Of a DNA stretch of 64,000 bases, positions 1 through 12,182 are shown piece by piece. Made by a program: the position numbers and the translations under genes. How positions within the stretch are numbered: position 1 is the first letter of the stretch; every line of letters begins with the position of its first letter. A model generated the notes under the pieces. That model was not told where the DNA came from and searched no databases. It saw only the letters and a program-made list of their open reading frames with translations. The DNA is from Eledone cirrhosa (Eukaryota). The DNA is taken from assembly GCA_964016885.1 (NCBI GenBank), contig OZ024752.1:19778001-19842000 (forward strand), read 5' to 3'.

Positions 1-919
1 ATAACTACTCATTACTTATCAACCGAGGTCAACTTTGCCTTTCATTCTTTCCAGATCGATAAAAAAAACTACCAGTCTAGTACTGGGATCGATTCTTCCT
101 CTATATCTCTTTCTCATTTCCATTCTCTCACTAGCTATCTTTCTCTGCAAGAAATCTACTGTATTCAAACCAGGAGAGGAGATGGGCTCTGACGGGTCTA
201 TAAAATACCCTAGAAACGTTGTATACGGCGTCCCTACGACTCCCTTGGGAGTTATGGGGCGCTGTATGGGACCATGCATATATTACTTGTAAAAGAAATA
301 TTTAATTTTGCACTTATTGAAAATGACTCTGTTGGAATTGGAATAAAACAAGTCAATATTATTACACATTCCAGATGTCCGCTAACCATGTTTAATTATA
401 GAAATGGAAACAGCTGATCATCGGACAGAGGAAATTGTTTTAATTGCTGATACTATCAGTCGCAACTCCTGGCAGAAAGAGACGGGGTTTAAACTCAGAA
501 CATAGGACTGGATCTGATGCCGTCTACATTCCACCCGCCCGATCCTTTAATAATTCCCACCAATCCTTCAATCTTTGGAATGGTAATTTATTTATCGACC
601 CCGAGAAGATGAAAGGCAAAGCTGACTTGGGTAGGATTTAAACCCAGAACGTGCAGTGAACCGTGAGAAATACCGAAGCATTTATTCTAACGCCTTAACA
701 ATTCTGCCAATTGACTGCCTAATGATGAAACCGGACCTAAACTGAAACGATAAAAGAAGTTCTAAAGATGTCTATATAGATGACAGCCGTTAATGAGACC
801 AGTACGGTTTAAGTCTCTCCAGTCTTCTACTGGACGATATATATCAGAAAACTAAATAAAGACGAATAAAGATGGATTCATTCGTTACTAAATCAAATAA
901 AAATATATGAAAATTGAAT

Positions 920-1381
920 TAGGTTTCGCCGTAACTTTAGCCAAATAAAATAGTCTAATAATTGTTTCTATTTTAGGCACAAGGCCAGCAACTGCCCAGT
1001 ACATTACTGGTACTTTATTTTATCGACCCCGTAAGGATGAAAGGCAAAGTTAACCTCGGCGGGATTTGAACTCAGATCATAAAGGGACGTAACTCTATGC
1101 TTCAAAGCATTGTGCCCGACTCTCTACCGATACTGCCAATCCAAATGACTTCTGAATTAGGGACAAGGCCAGTAATTTGAGGAGAGGGGAAAGTCGATTA
1201 AATCGACCCCAGTGTATTACTGACGCTTTATTTTATCGACCCCGTAAGGATGAAAGGCAAAGCTATCCTATAATAGTCTAATAACAAGGGGGCGTATAAC
1301 CCCATCTTTTCCCCATTCAGTGGGTTTATATGCCCTGTTATTATTAGGCTACTTTATTTTGTCAAAGTTACTCGAAATCTT
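920..1381. mobile_element. Palindromic MITE-like element interrupted by SINE insertions
   Basis: Left arm gtaactttagccaaataaaatagtctaata is the approximate reverse complement of tattaggctactttattttgtcaaagttac (~1342-1371). aatagtctaata is duplicated on both sides of the SINEs (~950 and ~1272), like a target-site duplication (TSD). Confidence 0.55.
960..1143 (-). mobile_element. tRNA-derived SINE family A (Meta/MESC-like central domain), full copy; partial copy follows at 1150-1265
   Basis: Reverse complement of the window consensus ggattggcagtatcggtagag...gagttcaaatcccgccgaggttaactttgcctttcatccttacggggtcgataaaataaagtaccag...ggccttgtgcc...gaaacaatta, with A/B boxes. Confidence 0.9.
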
Positions 1382-1443
1382 GAGATTCCGCTCGCCATTT
1401 CCTAAACACACACACTTAAAAATATATATCTAGGACAGTTGGT

Positions 1444-2933
1444 TCCCAAACCTCAACCAGCAGTCTATACCCAAACCTCAACCAACAGTCTATACCCAAA
1501 CCAACAGTCTATACCCAAACCTCAACCAGCAGTCTATACCCAAACCTCAACCAACAGTCTATACCCAAACCTCAACCAACAGTCTATACCCAAACCTCAA
1601 CCAACAGTCTATACCCAAACCTCAACCAACAGTCTATACCCAAACCTCAACCAGCAGTCTATACCCAAACCCCAACCAACAGTCTATACCCAAACCTCAA
1701 CCAACAGTCTATACCCAAACCTCAACCAACAGTCTATACCCAAACCTCAACCAGCAGTCTATACCCAAACCCCAACCAACAGTCTATACCCAAACCTCAA
1801 CCAACAGTCTATACCCAAACCTCAACCAACAGTCTATACCCAAACCTCAACCAACAGTCTATACCCAAACCTCAACCAACAGTCTATACCCAAACCTCAA
1901 CCAACAGTCTATACCCAAACCTCAACCAACAGTCTATACCCAAACCTCAACCAACAGTCTATACCCAAACCAACAGTCTATACCCAAACCTCAACCAGCA
2001 GTCTATACCCAAACCTCAACCAACAGTCTATACCCAAACCTCAACCAACAGTCTATACCCAAACCTCAACCAACAGTCTATACCCAAACCTCAACCAGCA
2101 GTCTATACCCAAACCCCAACCAACAGTCTATACCCAAACCTCAACCAGCAGTCTATACCCAAACCTCAACCAACAGTCTATACCCAAACCTCAACCAGCA
2201 GTCTATACCCAAACCCCAACCAACAGTCTATACCCAAACCTCAACCAACAGTCTATACCCAAACCTCAACCAACAGTCTATACCCAAACCTCAACCAACA
2301 GTCTATACCCAAACCTCAACCAACAGTCTATACCCAAACCAACAGTCTATACCCAAACCTCAACCAGCACTCTATACCCAAACCTCAACCAACAGTCTAT
2401 ACCCAAACCTCAACCAACAGTCTATACCCAAACCTCAACCAACAGTCTATACCCAAACCTCAACCAACAGTCTATACCCAAACCTCAACCAGCAGTCTAT
2501 ACCCAAACCTCAACCAACAGTCTATACCCAAACCTCAACCAGCAGTCTATACCCAAACCTCAACCAGCAGTCTATACCCAAACCTCAACCAGCAGTCTAT
2601 ACCCAAACCTCAACCAGCAGTCTATACCCAAACCTCAACCAGCAGTCTATACCCAAACCTCAACCAACAGTCTATACCCAAACCTCAACCAACAGTCTAT
2701 ACCCAAACCTCAACCAACAGTCTATACCCAAACCTCAACCAGCAGTCTATACCCAAACCTCAACCAACAGTCTATACCCAAACCTCAACCAGCAGTCTAT
2801 ACCCAAACCTCAACCAGCAGTCTATACCCAAACCTCAACCAGCAGTCTATACCCAAACCTCAACCAGCAGTCTATACCCAAACCTCAACCAGCAGTCTAT
2901 ACCCAAACCTCAACCAGCAGTCTATACCCAAAC
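1444..2933. repeat. 25-bp minisatellite (cccaaacctcaaccaacagtctata), ~60 copies
   Basis: Direct tandem periodicity. The 503-aa ORF repeats every 25 aa (3 units). Confidence 0.97.
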
Positions 2934-3077
2934 ATCGTTTTAAAAATTGATGAAATAGAAATTATAAATAAAATTATATCTAAACTATAATAAAGGAAGG
3001 TCTGCGGGACTGCGTACGGTTTATTTTTTTTTTTTTTTATCCCGTTAGTAAAATAAGTTGGATTACTTTGAATAAAT

Positions 3078-3785
3078 AATTGTTTCTACTTTTTGTACAA
3101 GGCCAGCAATTATTTTATCGACCCCGTAAGGATGAAAGGCAAAGTTAACCTCGGCGAGATTTGAACTCAGATCATAAAGGGGCGTAACTCTATGCTTCAA
3201 AAAAAATAAATAATGAATGAATATTACGTAATTTATCTACTAAATTTCGTAAACAAAAATAATTTCGTAAAAATAAATAATTTAAAACTGACTTCTTTTC
3301 AAAGTTGCACTTCCGGTATATCGTTGCCACCACCACTTCAACTACCATATATATGGAAAGAGAGAGTGTGTGATGCAACACTTCCGGTGGCGATTTTATT
3401 TGATGTATCATATCTACATGTATATATATACTTGCGTATAATATCAATATACACACTACACATGCTAGCAGAAAACCACCCGAAGAGTGGTTTTCTGCTA
3501 GTGTATATAATAAAAAATGTAAAGAATAACAAATAAACAGAAAGAAAAGATTCGATTGTAGTTTATCGTTTTGTTTGAGATTCTTCTGTCTTACTTAATG
3601 ATTTCTGATTTAGGTACAAGGCCAGCAATCTTTGGGGGAGGGGGGAAAGTCGATTAAATCGACCCCAGTGCATTACTGGTGCTTTATTTTATCAAACTCG
3701 TAAGGATGAAATTGAACTCGGAACGTAAAGGGCCTTATCTCTATACCACGTAGTATGTCCGACGCTCTACCGACAATACCAACCT
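3078..3785 (-). mobile_element. Two SINE family A copies (3078-3198 partial; ~3600-3785 diverged)
   Basis: acaaggccagcaat and aaggatgaaa motifs of the family consensus. Confidence 0.8.
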
Positions 3786-3904
3786 ACCATCATTCTTAAT
3801 ACATATCATTAACACAAGGTTGTGTACTTATTTAACAGTCAACAAATTATTGAGAGACACAAAATAATTGACTACAAGACAAACACCGTCTGTGAATTGA
3901 AACC

Positions 3905-4160
3905 TTCTTCACCGACTTATTCCTGAGAGGGCCGTGGAGGAGGCAGGGTCACATCTTCAAGCAGGTCCTGCCAGAAGCAACATCTCCAACTTCTCCGGCT
4001 GGATCCCCAAACGTGACCAGCCAAGCTCATTGATGTTATCCAACCATCTTGCTCAGGGTCTACCCCTGGGTCTCCTGCCAGTTGGTTTTTCCCGTAAAAT
4101 CTGTCCAGCAATTATTTCCTGTGACATTCTAACCACATGCCCATAGTATTGGATCTGTGA
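3905..4160 (-). mobile_element. RTE-clade LINE 3' fragment
   Basis: Frameshifted translation QIQYYGHVVRMSQEIIAGQILREKPTGRRPRGRP...WQDLLEDVTLPPPRPSQE* is a typical RTE C-terminus. A paralogue lies at 16525-16795. Confidence 0.85.
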
Positions 4161-4406
4161 ATTGAAACCGAATGAATATAAAAGCTGGCACGGCCCAGGT
4201 AAAGGGACACCAGTCCATCGGAGACTGGAATAATGTCTAAGAACCAACGCGCCTAGAAATCGATATATATATATATATATATAGTAATATATAGTGAATA
4301 TGCATGCCAATTCTAACACATATATGTCCTAGAAACGATCGTTAAATAATGAACTTTTTTTGTTTAATATAAGGAACTGTTTCTTTGTTTTATTCATTAT
4401 TTTTTA

Positions 4407-4495
<89 letters not shown>

Positions 4496-4584
4496 CAGTG
4501 TCCCCCAAAAAATGTATACACAAAGGCTGTGCATTCTAATAGATATTTCCGTATAGGTAATCAGGGGGGGGGGGGGCACCCTAT
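4496..4584. mobile_element. Tc1/mariner-type MITE (diverged)
   Basis: TA-cagtgtccccc...gggcaccct-ATA; similar to the copy at 17732-17831. Confidence 0.6.
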
Positions 4585-4672
4585 AAATATATATATATGT
4601 GTGTGTGCGTGTATATATATACATATATGTGTGTGTGTGTATGTGTGTGTGTGTGTGTATATGTGCATGTGT

Positions 4673-4734
<62 letters not shown>

Positions 4735-4796
4735 CAGGTTCAATCAGGGGTAACCACAGTAAGTAAGGTACTCAATACATTAGTAAAGTGTTAACA

Positions 4797-4922
4797 TAAT
4801 GTTTAATATAGAAATGGCTTCTGCGGGACTAGAACTGTTTCATTCGAAAGAGATCATTAGGAAAGCAGCTTTCCTAATGATCTCTTTTAGTTCCGTAGAA
4901 GCCATTTCTATATTAAACATTA
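4797..4922. repeat. Fold-back palindrome derived from an HHR-bearing element
   Basis: atgtttaatatagaaatggcttct...agaagccatttctatattaaacat. The minus strand carries a degenerate core CTAATGA-tctctttcgaat-GAAA-cag-TT. Confidence 0.65.
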
Positions 4923-4934
4923 TATATATATGCA

Positions 4935-5106
4935 TAAAGGGTAGAGGGTGGGACGCCATGCTGTCCAGCATAGTTACGTCCCTTTACGATCTGAGTTCAA
5001 ATCCCGCCGAGGTTAACCTTGCCTTTCATCCTTACGGGGTCGATAAAATAAAGTACCAGTAATACACTGGGTAATTGCTGGCCTTGTGCCAAATGTAGAA
5101 ACAATT
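4935..5106 (+). mobile_element. SINE family A
   Basis: Matches the family consensus and ends in gaaacaatta(ta)n. Confidence 0.9.
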
Positions 5107-5657
5107 ATATATATATATATGCATATATATATGTGTGAGATATATATGAGAGAGAGAGAGGAGATTGTTTTAAGGATGTGACAGGTTTTATGCTATTTCT
5201 CATCGAAAGATACGAAACCAATGTTTGTCTCAGACAGTTGGGGGGGGGGGGGGGGGGGAGGGACTGATTTATAACAACAAAATAAATAATAAAAAAGAAA
5301 TGCGCTTTGAAAACAGATAAATAAAAGCTGCTACGGTGGCTGGTAGAGGGTTTAAATTCACAGCCTGGCGCCGTGGAGTCTGGCGAAAGTCGACCACACT
5401 GGAACTAAAACAACACACACACGCACGCACATACACATACACAAGCACGCATACACGCACACGTACTTGCACACTCATACATACATAGACACACATGTAT
5501 GCACACAAAGATACACACATACATACATACATACCCGCGTGTACATGCACAGTTACACGTGGATTGACACACGTATGCACACATAGATACACACACACTC
5601 ACTCACATGCGCATACACACATACACACACATAGACACACTCACATGCGCATACACA

Positions 5658-5688
<31 letters not shown>

Positions 5689-6310
5689 TCACATGCGCAT
5701 ACACACAGACACACACACACACATACATAGACACACTCACATGCGCATACATACATACATACACACACATACACACACACATACATAGACACACACATAC
5801 ATAGACACACACACGCGTGTACACACACACTTCAGCAGGGTGTTGGCGTAAAGAGATTCATGGCGAGAAAATGAAGAATCTGTGTTCCACTGTCAGAAAG
5901 GAGGTCAGTAACGGCAACAAATCTATAAAGTAGCAGCTACAGCTCACCAATACTTATAACAATACCCACCTATCCTCCTACCTGTCTATAATATACATAT
6001 AATATGCGTCCTGGCCCCCAGAGCCCTTCACCCCCGCCTCCCATTGTGACCCTACAATCCCTGCCCTTCCCTTCTTTTTCCATTTTTAAATATCTGTTGT
6101 GTTGCTATTTCAAATAGATTTTTTGGATTTTTATTATTAAAACATATTTAGCCGATATATCCTTTTTTTCTTTTCATTTCCTTTTTCTTGTTCGCCATTA
6201 ATATTTCTGTCTTCCTCTGTGGACCACCAACACCACAACATTTATGGTCTCTTTTCCTTCGGTTGTAACCTTTTTTTATTTACTTCTACGTCTACAGATT
6301 GATATTTCTC

Positions 6311-6362
6311 AGTTTCAGAAGATCCAGTAAAACGGTGAAAGCAGCGATTCTTTGCTTAAACT
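6311..6362 (+). ncRNA. Degenerate type I hammerhead ribozyme (family of 28315/33469)
   Basis: agttt-CAGAAGA-tccagtaaaacggt-GAAA-gca...tgc-TT-aaact; stem I agttt/aaact; U4 position mutated. Confidence 0.5.
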
Positions 6363-6373
6363 TTAATCTGTAC

Positions 6374-6414
<41 letters not shown>

Positions 6415-6416
<2 letters not shown>

Positions 6417-6610
6417 CAAAGGAATTGTGGTAAGGAACCAGATGGACCATAACGCACCAGAGTACACAATACTTAGGGTAGTAGAGTGGGAAATAGGAAA
6501 AAGTATGACCCCGACGGCAGAGCTCAAGCCGTTTCGACGGCTATTTCTGGAGTCCAGAAATACCCGTCGAAACCGCTTGAGCTCTGCCGTCGGGGTCATA
6601 CTTTTTCCTA
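6415..6610 (-). mobile_element. Fold-back HHR mini-element family F1 (~115-bp palindrome plus ~80-bp tail) in (TA)n
   Basis: Palindrome at 6493-6611 contains the HHR 3' half GAAA-cggc-ttgagctct-gccg-TC-ggggtc. Tail is shared with 4-5 other copies. Confidence 0.85.
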
Positions 6611-7011
6611 TATATATATATATATATATGATAATAATGGAGCTGCGGCGTTGCAAATGGGTTACATATGAAAAAGTTTGTCCTTCATCAGTGGCCTTCC
6701 AACCGTCGTAGGCATTTCGTCGCTTTAAAGGCCATATACCTCAGGTTGGTGCGAGCAACGGCTAAAAAAAGTCGTTGGGACACGTAAATAAAGGGGACGC
6801 TAGGGTAAACAAACAAAATGGTTTAAGCAACAGTATATATATATATTTCGTTTCTGAATTTGTTTAGAAACATTCTTTATCTGAAAACGTGTGTTGAAAC
6901 CGATATTGTTATACTTTGGGATATTGTTATATGTTGTCAACACACACACAGAAACAAAATGGCGTAGGGCAGAACAAAGAAGAGGCACAAAAACAAAGAA
7001 AAGAATCCCCA

Positions 7012-7054
7012 GTCACTGAAGAAGTCACAGAATGTGTGACGAAAGAACTTTGAC
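7012..7054 (+). ncRNA. Minimal type I hammerhead ribozyme (Penelope-type)
   Basis: gtca-CTGAAGA-a-gtcaca-gaatg-tgtgac-GAAA-gaac-TT-tgac; stem I gtca/tgac; 6-bp stem II. Confidence 0.75.
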
Positions 7055-7270
7055 AATATATAAACAACTATCTGGTTGTGGAACCAACCAACCAACCAAC
7101 CGGAAATTTATAAATTCCTAAATTTATAAATTTATTATAATAAATTGAAGTGAAAGCAACTGGTGCGTGTGTTTCTTATTGGCAACATGACCCTCCCAAA
7201 GTATAACAATATATATATATATATATTAAGAAAGTAAAACAAAGAAGCCTTCAATACATCAAAAGTCTTT

Positions 7271-7316
7271 ATTAGCCGACAATGTTTCGTCCTATTAAGG
7301 ACTCATCAGGGCAATT
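7271..7316 (-). ncRNA. Minimal type I hammerhead ribozyme
   Basis: attgcc-CTGATGA-gtcct-taat-aggac-GAAA-cattg-TC-ggctaat; canonical core with a GUC cleavage triplet. Confidence 0.88.
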
Positions 7317-7586
7317 AAAACAACAAGAAGTAATGTCGGCAGATACAAGCCGGAAGCTCCGAAGAATATGGAGTGTACATACACTAAAGTATTGCAAGAT
7401 TATGGGTAAAAATATATAATAAAAATAAACACAGTCGGCTAATAAAGACTTTTGATGTATTGAAGGCTTCTTTGTTTTACTTTCTTAATTTTTCGGCTCT
7501 GTTTAACTACATTGAGCTATACCTTTTACTGTCATTTCTATAATACGAAGAGGGTGTTTAACTCCAACACGCTCCAGTATTTTAAC

Positions 7587-7645
<59 letters not shown>

Positions 7646-7807
7646 TTGCGAGGTCTTTGATATGAAATCGTGTGTCGAAACAAATATTGTTATACTTGGG
7701 GAGGGTCATATTGTTGTAATAATATTGCCAGAAATAATAAGTATAACAATATATATATATATAACAATATATATATCAGGATAGAACCAGTTTAAAACTA
7801 GTTAGAC

Positions 7808-7948
7808 CAGGCATGTCAAACAGCGCGAGCGTAATATAAAATAAAAAATATTAGTTGTAATGTGCGCAATTACTTGTCATGTGTGGCCCTCAGACAACAC
7901 GTGAGTGACTCATGTGGCCCTCGGGGGACCCTCAGTTTGACATGCCTG
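7808..7948. mobile_element. hAT-superfamily MITE
   Basis: 14-bp TIRs caggcatgtcaaac/gtttgacatgcctg and a perfect 8-bp TSD agttagac (7800-7807, 7949-7956). Confidence 0.93.
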
Positions 7949-8105
7949 AGTTAGACATTCACCATTACTCAACAAAGTACTCGGTACTTGGGATAGTAGA
8001 GTCTGGAACTAGCTGTTGGAATGGCAACACCTCAGCAATCGGCCCGACTCTGTATAGTGTGTGTGGGGGGGGGGGTAAACAAATCGCTTTCCGTAAGGAC
8101 GTGAC

Positions 8106-8196
8106 ATATCCCGTTACAACGTATCCCGTTACAACGTATCCCGTTACAACGTATCCCGTTACAACGTATCCCGTTACAACGTATCCCGTTACAACG
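8106..8196. repeat. 15-bp tandem repeat (tatcccgttacaacg) x6
   Basis: Direct periodicity. Confidence 0.95.
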
Positions 8197-8221
8197 TGTG
8201 TGAGAAGGAATAAATTGTACA

Positions 8222-8550
8222 ATCCTGAGGTTAACTTTGCCTTTCATCCTTACGGGGTCGATAAAATAAAGTACCAGTAATACACTGGGATAATTGCTGG
8301 CCTTGTGCCAAAAGCAGAAACAATTATATATCTATTGTTTTATTTTAAGGTTTTCACTATATGCTTTCTGATTTCGGCACAAAGCCAACAATTTTAATTA
8401 AATAGAACCCCAGTACATTACTGGTGCAACATTATATCGACCCCGTAAGGATGAAAGGCAAAGCTAACCACAGCGGAATTTGAACTCACAATGTAACTCT
8501 ATGCTGTAAAACATGTTGTCCGACGCTCTACCGAAACTGCCAATGCACCG
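8222..8550. mobile_element. Two SINE family A copies in opposite orientation (8222-8326 +, 8345-8550 -)
   Basis: Family consensus motifs on both strands. Confidence 0.85.
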
Positions 8551-8954
8551 CTCTTTGTCTTTGATACTGTACCGGGGGGTCTCAAAAAATTAGATATCAT
8601 GGCGTGTTCCCAGGGTTCTCACATTAAGATATATATTGAGTTAGTGTCATAATGTCGACAACTTTAGAGAAATAAATCTTATGTTGTTCAACAATAAGCC
8701 AGCTTAATCCTATCACCTTAGACTTTGTAGTCTCCTCGGATATTTACACCTCAAATGTTATCAATTCGTTTAAAATGCCCTGTATATAAAACAAGACAGC
8801 AAAACGATACAATACTCTAAAGATATACATTAGTTTGACGCTTGATATAGTAGGGAACGAGACATTTCGGACGTTAGTCCTTCATAAGAAGAAGAAGAAG
8901 AAGATTTTTGAGAAAAAAAACGTGTGTTCAGTTAGCCATTTGTGAATATATTTG

Positions 8955-10298
8955 CATTTAGCTGGTATCAAGACATCATAATTATTACATTTAGCTGGTA
9001 TCAGGATATCATAATTATTACATTTAGCTGGTATCAGGACATCATAATTATTACATTTAGCTGGTATCAGGACATCATAATTATTACATTTAGCTGGTAT
9101 CAGGACATCATAATTATTACATTTAGCTGGTATCAGGACATCATAATTATTACATTGAGCTGGTATCAAGACATCATAATTATTACATTTAGCTGGTATC
9201 AAGACATCATAATTATTACATTTAGCTGGTATCAGGACATCATAATTATTACATTGAGCTGGTATCAAGACATCATAATTATTACATTTAGCTGGTATCA
9301 AGACATCATAATTATTACATTTAGCTGGTATCAGGACATCATAATTATTACATTTAGCTGGTATCAGGACATCATAATTATTACATTTAGCTGGTATCAA
9401 GATATCATAATTATTACATTTAGCTGGTATCAGGACATCATAATTATTACATTTAGCTGGTATCAAGACATCATAATTATTACATTTAGCTGGTATCAAG
9501 ACATCATAATTATTACATTTAGCTGGTATCAGGACATCATAATTATTACATTTAGCTGGTATCAGGATATCATAATTATTACATTTAGCTGGTATCAGGA
9601 CATCATAATTATTACATTGAGCTGGTATCAAGACATCATAATTATTACATTTAGCTGGTATCAAGACATCATAATTATTACATTTAGCTGGTATCAGGAC
9701 ATCATAATTATTACATTTAGCTGGTATCACGACATCATAATTATTACATTTAGCTGGTATCAAGACATCATAATTATTACATTTAGCTGGTATCAGGACA
9801 TCATAATTATTACATTTAGCTGGTATCAGGACATCATAATTATTACATTTAGCTGGTATCAGGACATCATAATTATTACATTTAGCTGGTATCAGGACAT
9901 CATAATTATTACATTTAGCTGGTATCAGGACATCATAATTATTACATTGAGCTGGTATCAAGACATCATAATTATTACATTTAGCTGGTATCAAGACATC
10001 ATAATTATTACATTTAGCTGGTATCAGGACATCATAATTATTACATTTAGCTGGTATCAGGACATCATAATTATTACATTTAGCTGGTATCAGGACATCA
10101 TAATTATTACATTTAGCTGGTATCAGGACATCATAATTGTTACATTTAGCTGGTATCAGGACATCATAATTATTACATTGAGCTGGTATCAAGACATCAT
10201 AATTATTACATTGAGCTGGTATCAGGACATCATAATTATTACATTGAGCTGGTATCAGGACATCATAATTATTACATTGAGCTGGTATCATAATTATT
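8955..10298. repeat. 33-bp minisatellite (catttagctggtatcaggacatcataattatta), ~40 copies
   Basis: Direct periodicity; gives 11-aa repeat ORFs on both strands. Confidence 0.97.
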
Positions 10299-11020
10299 TC
10301 ATGCGAACATATATAAATTATGTTGTAATCGTTCAGACTGGGGGATCGGATTAAATAGAAACATGGCCAACGGAATTGTTCTCTGATTGGCCAGCATAAA
10401 TCTCGTATTGATGACATCTTTCAGTCTCGCTTTGATGTGATTTAGTATTTCTACAATTAGACACAAAATAAAATTGAAAAATCTTGTCAATAGGAGATAT
10501 GAGCTCACAGAAGGAACCCCACGTCTGTAATCTATCTATCTATTGTATGCATATATATGTGTGTGTATGTATATGTGCATGTACACATGTATGTGTGTGC
10601 GTGTATACATATATGTATGAATATATTTATATATCTACATGCATGCACACATATATATACACACATATATTTTATTCCCATTTCCTACGGTGGGAATTTG
10701 ACCTTTTTAGGGTTCAACTCGTCTTATCTCACACACACACACATATGTATATGTATATGTATATGTACATGTGTGTGTGTGCGTGTGTGTATAGGGCTTA
10801 AATGTCATAATTCTTTTGCTGTATTGTGTCTTTATAAAGCTAACCTTCAGCTGTAACTCGGAAACTTGTCACAGCAAATCTATAAAGTGTGTTTAAATAT
10901 ATTCTCTACAATTCTAGGAAACTTAGTTCGGAGTCGCTGGGAGGCAATTGAGTAACAAGTTTCTTTCTGTGTTGTACACACACACATACATACATACATA
11001 CAAACATACATACATGTATA

Positions 11021-11603
11021 CATGGTGGCTGCCAACTCGTTTTCGAGTACGGCCACTACTTTATATCCATGTAGGAGAACCCCTACCGATGCGCTGAACG
11101 AGTGTGACTTTTTAGTCCAGCTAGCGACTTCAAAACTCTGGTACAAACACTACATTTGTGACAATTATTGACACATAGTGCTGGGCCCATGGTACCATGT
11201 GACGACAAGTGCAGAGAGATCTCCAGATATAAAGCAATGCCTGTGCCGTGAAGCTTTTATACTGCACAAAGCCAGTCCCACTCTCTTAACCAAGATGATG
11301 TTTACCAAAAAGAAGAACAAGTCAACATCATTGGATACCATCAGGGTTGCAGGTGTTATATCAGAGTGTTCCTTCTCCTAGAATTCTGCCTTGACAAAGG
11401 CTAAGGGGTCATCTCTCCCGGTGATTTTGGATGGCCATTGACTCTTAAGAGCTCCTTTGCCCTTTGAAAGGTTTTGTTTTTAGTCCTGCAGGATGTCCAA
11501 AGTCACCTTGGTGGGGTTACCAGTTTAGTCGCCAACGACCCGACCATGGGACAGGTTGTACTGGGATACATGTTACCAGTAGCACCAACTGGTGACCTGA
11601 CAT
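11021..11603 (-). mobile_element. Non-autonomous RTE-derived retroelement (~610-bp family), near full-length
   Basis: Near-identical to five other copies. Carries an RTE 5'UTR-like motif (tctaggagaagga...ctctga) and a 3' hairpin actcg-aaaa-cgagt before a (TATG)n tail. Confidence 0.8.
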
Positions 11604-11623
11604 ATATACATACATACATACAT

Positions 11624-11897
11624 ACATAGTGGCTGCCAACTCGTTTTCGAGTACGGCCACTACTTTATATCCATGTAGGAGAACCCCTACCGATGCGCTG
11701 AACGAGTGTGACTTTTTAGACCAGCCAGCAACTTGAAAACTGGTACAAACACTACACTTGTGACAATTATTGACACATAGTGCTGGGCCCATGGTACCAT
11801 GTGACGACAAGTGCAGAGATATCTCCAGATATAAAGCAATGCCTGTGCCGTGAAGCTTTTATAGTGAGCAAAGGCACTGCACAAAGCCAGTCCCACA
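11624..11897 (-). mobile_element. Same RTE-derived family, 5'-truncated copy
   Basis: Retains the 3' end, lacks the 5' half, flanked by (TACA)n. Confidence 0.8.
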
Positions 11898-12090
11898 TAC
11901 ATACATACATGGTGGCTGCGTACATACATGCATGCATGCATGCATGCATACATGCATACATACATACATACATACATACATACATACGAATTGTATACAG
12001 TACTCTAAAGTACAGTACTTTAAAGTACAACTAAACGATACAGTACTCTAAAGACAAAGATTAATTTAATATTTAATATAGAAAGAAAAG

Positions 12091-12126
12091 AGTCAACATT
12101 TCGGGCGTTAGTCCTTCATCAGAAGA
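12091..12126 (-). ncRNA. Degenerate hammerhead ribozyme (family of 56913; another remnant at ~8860-8890)
   Basis: tctt-CTGATGA-a-ggactaacgccc-GAAA-tg-TT. Confidence 0.55.
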
Positions 12127-12182
12127 TAGAATGAGAAATAAAAGAAATAAAAAGAAAGAAGAAAAGAAAAAGACAAGAAATA

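Noticed and set aside
185-236. Hammerhead-like motif CTGACGG...GAAAcgttgtatacggcgTC; similarly weak motifs at ~18638, 39069 and 61518
   Set aside because: The core or helices are too degenerate to call.
1439-2950. 503-aa P/Q/T-rich ORF
   Set aside because: It is the translation of a 25-bp (non-triplet) minisatellite with occasional deleted units, and it has no ATG start.
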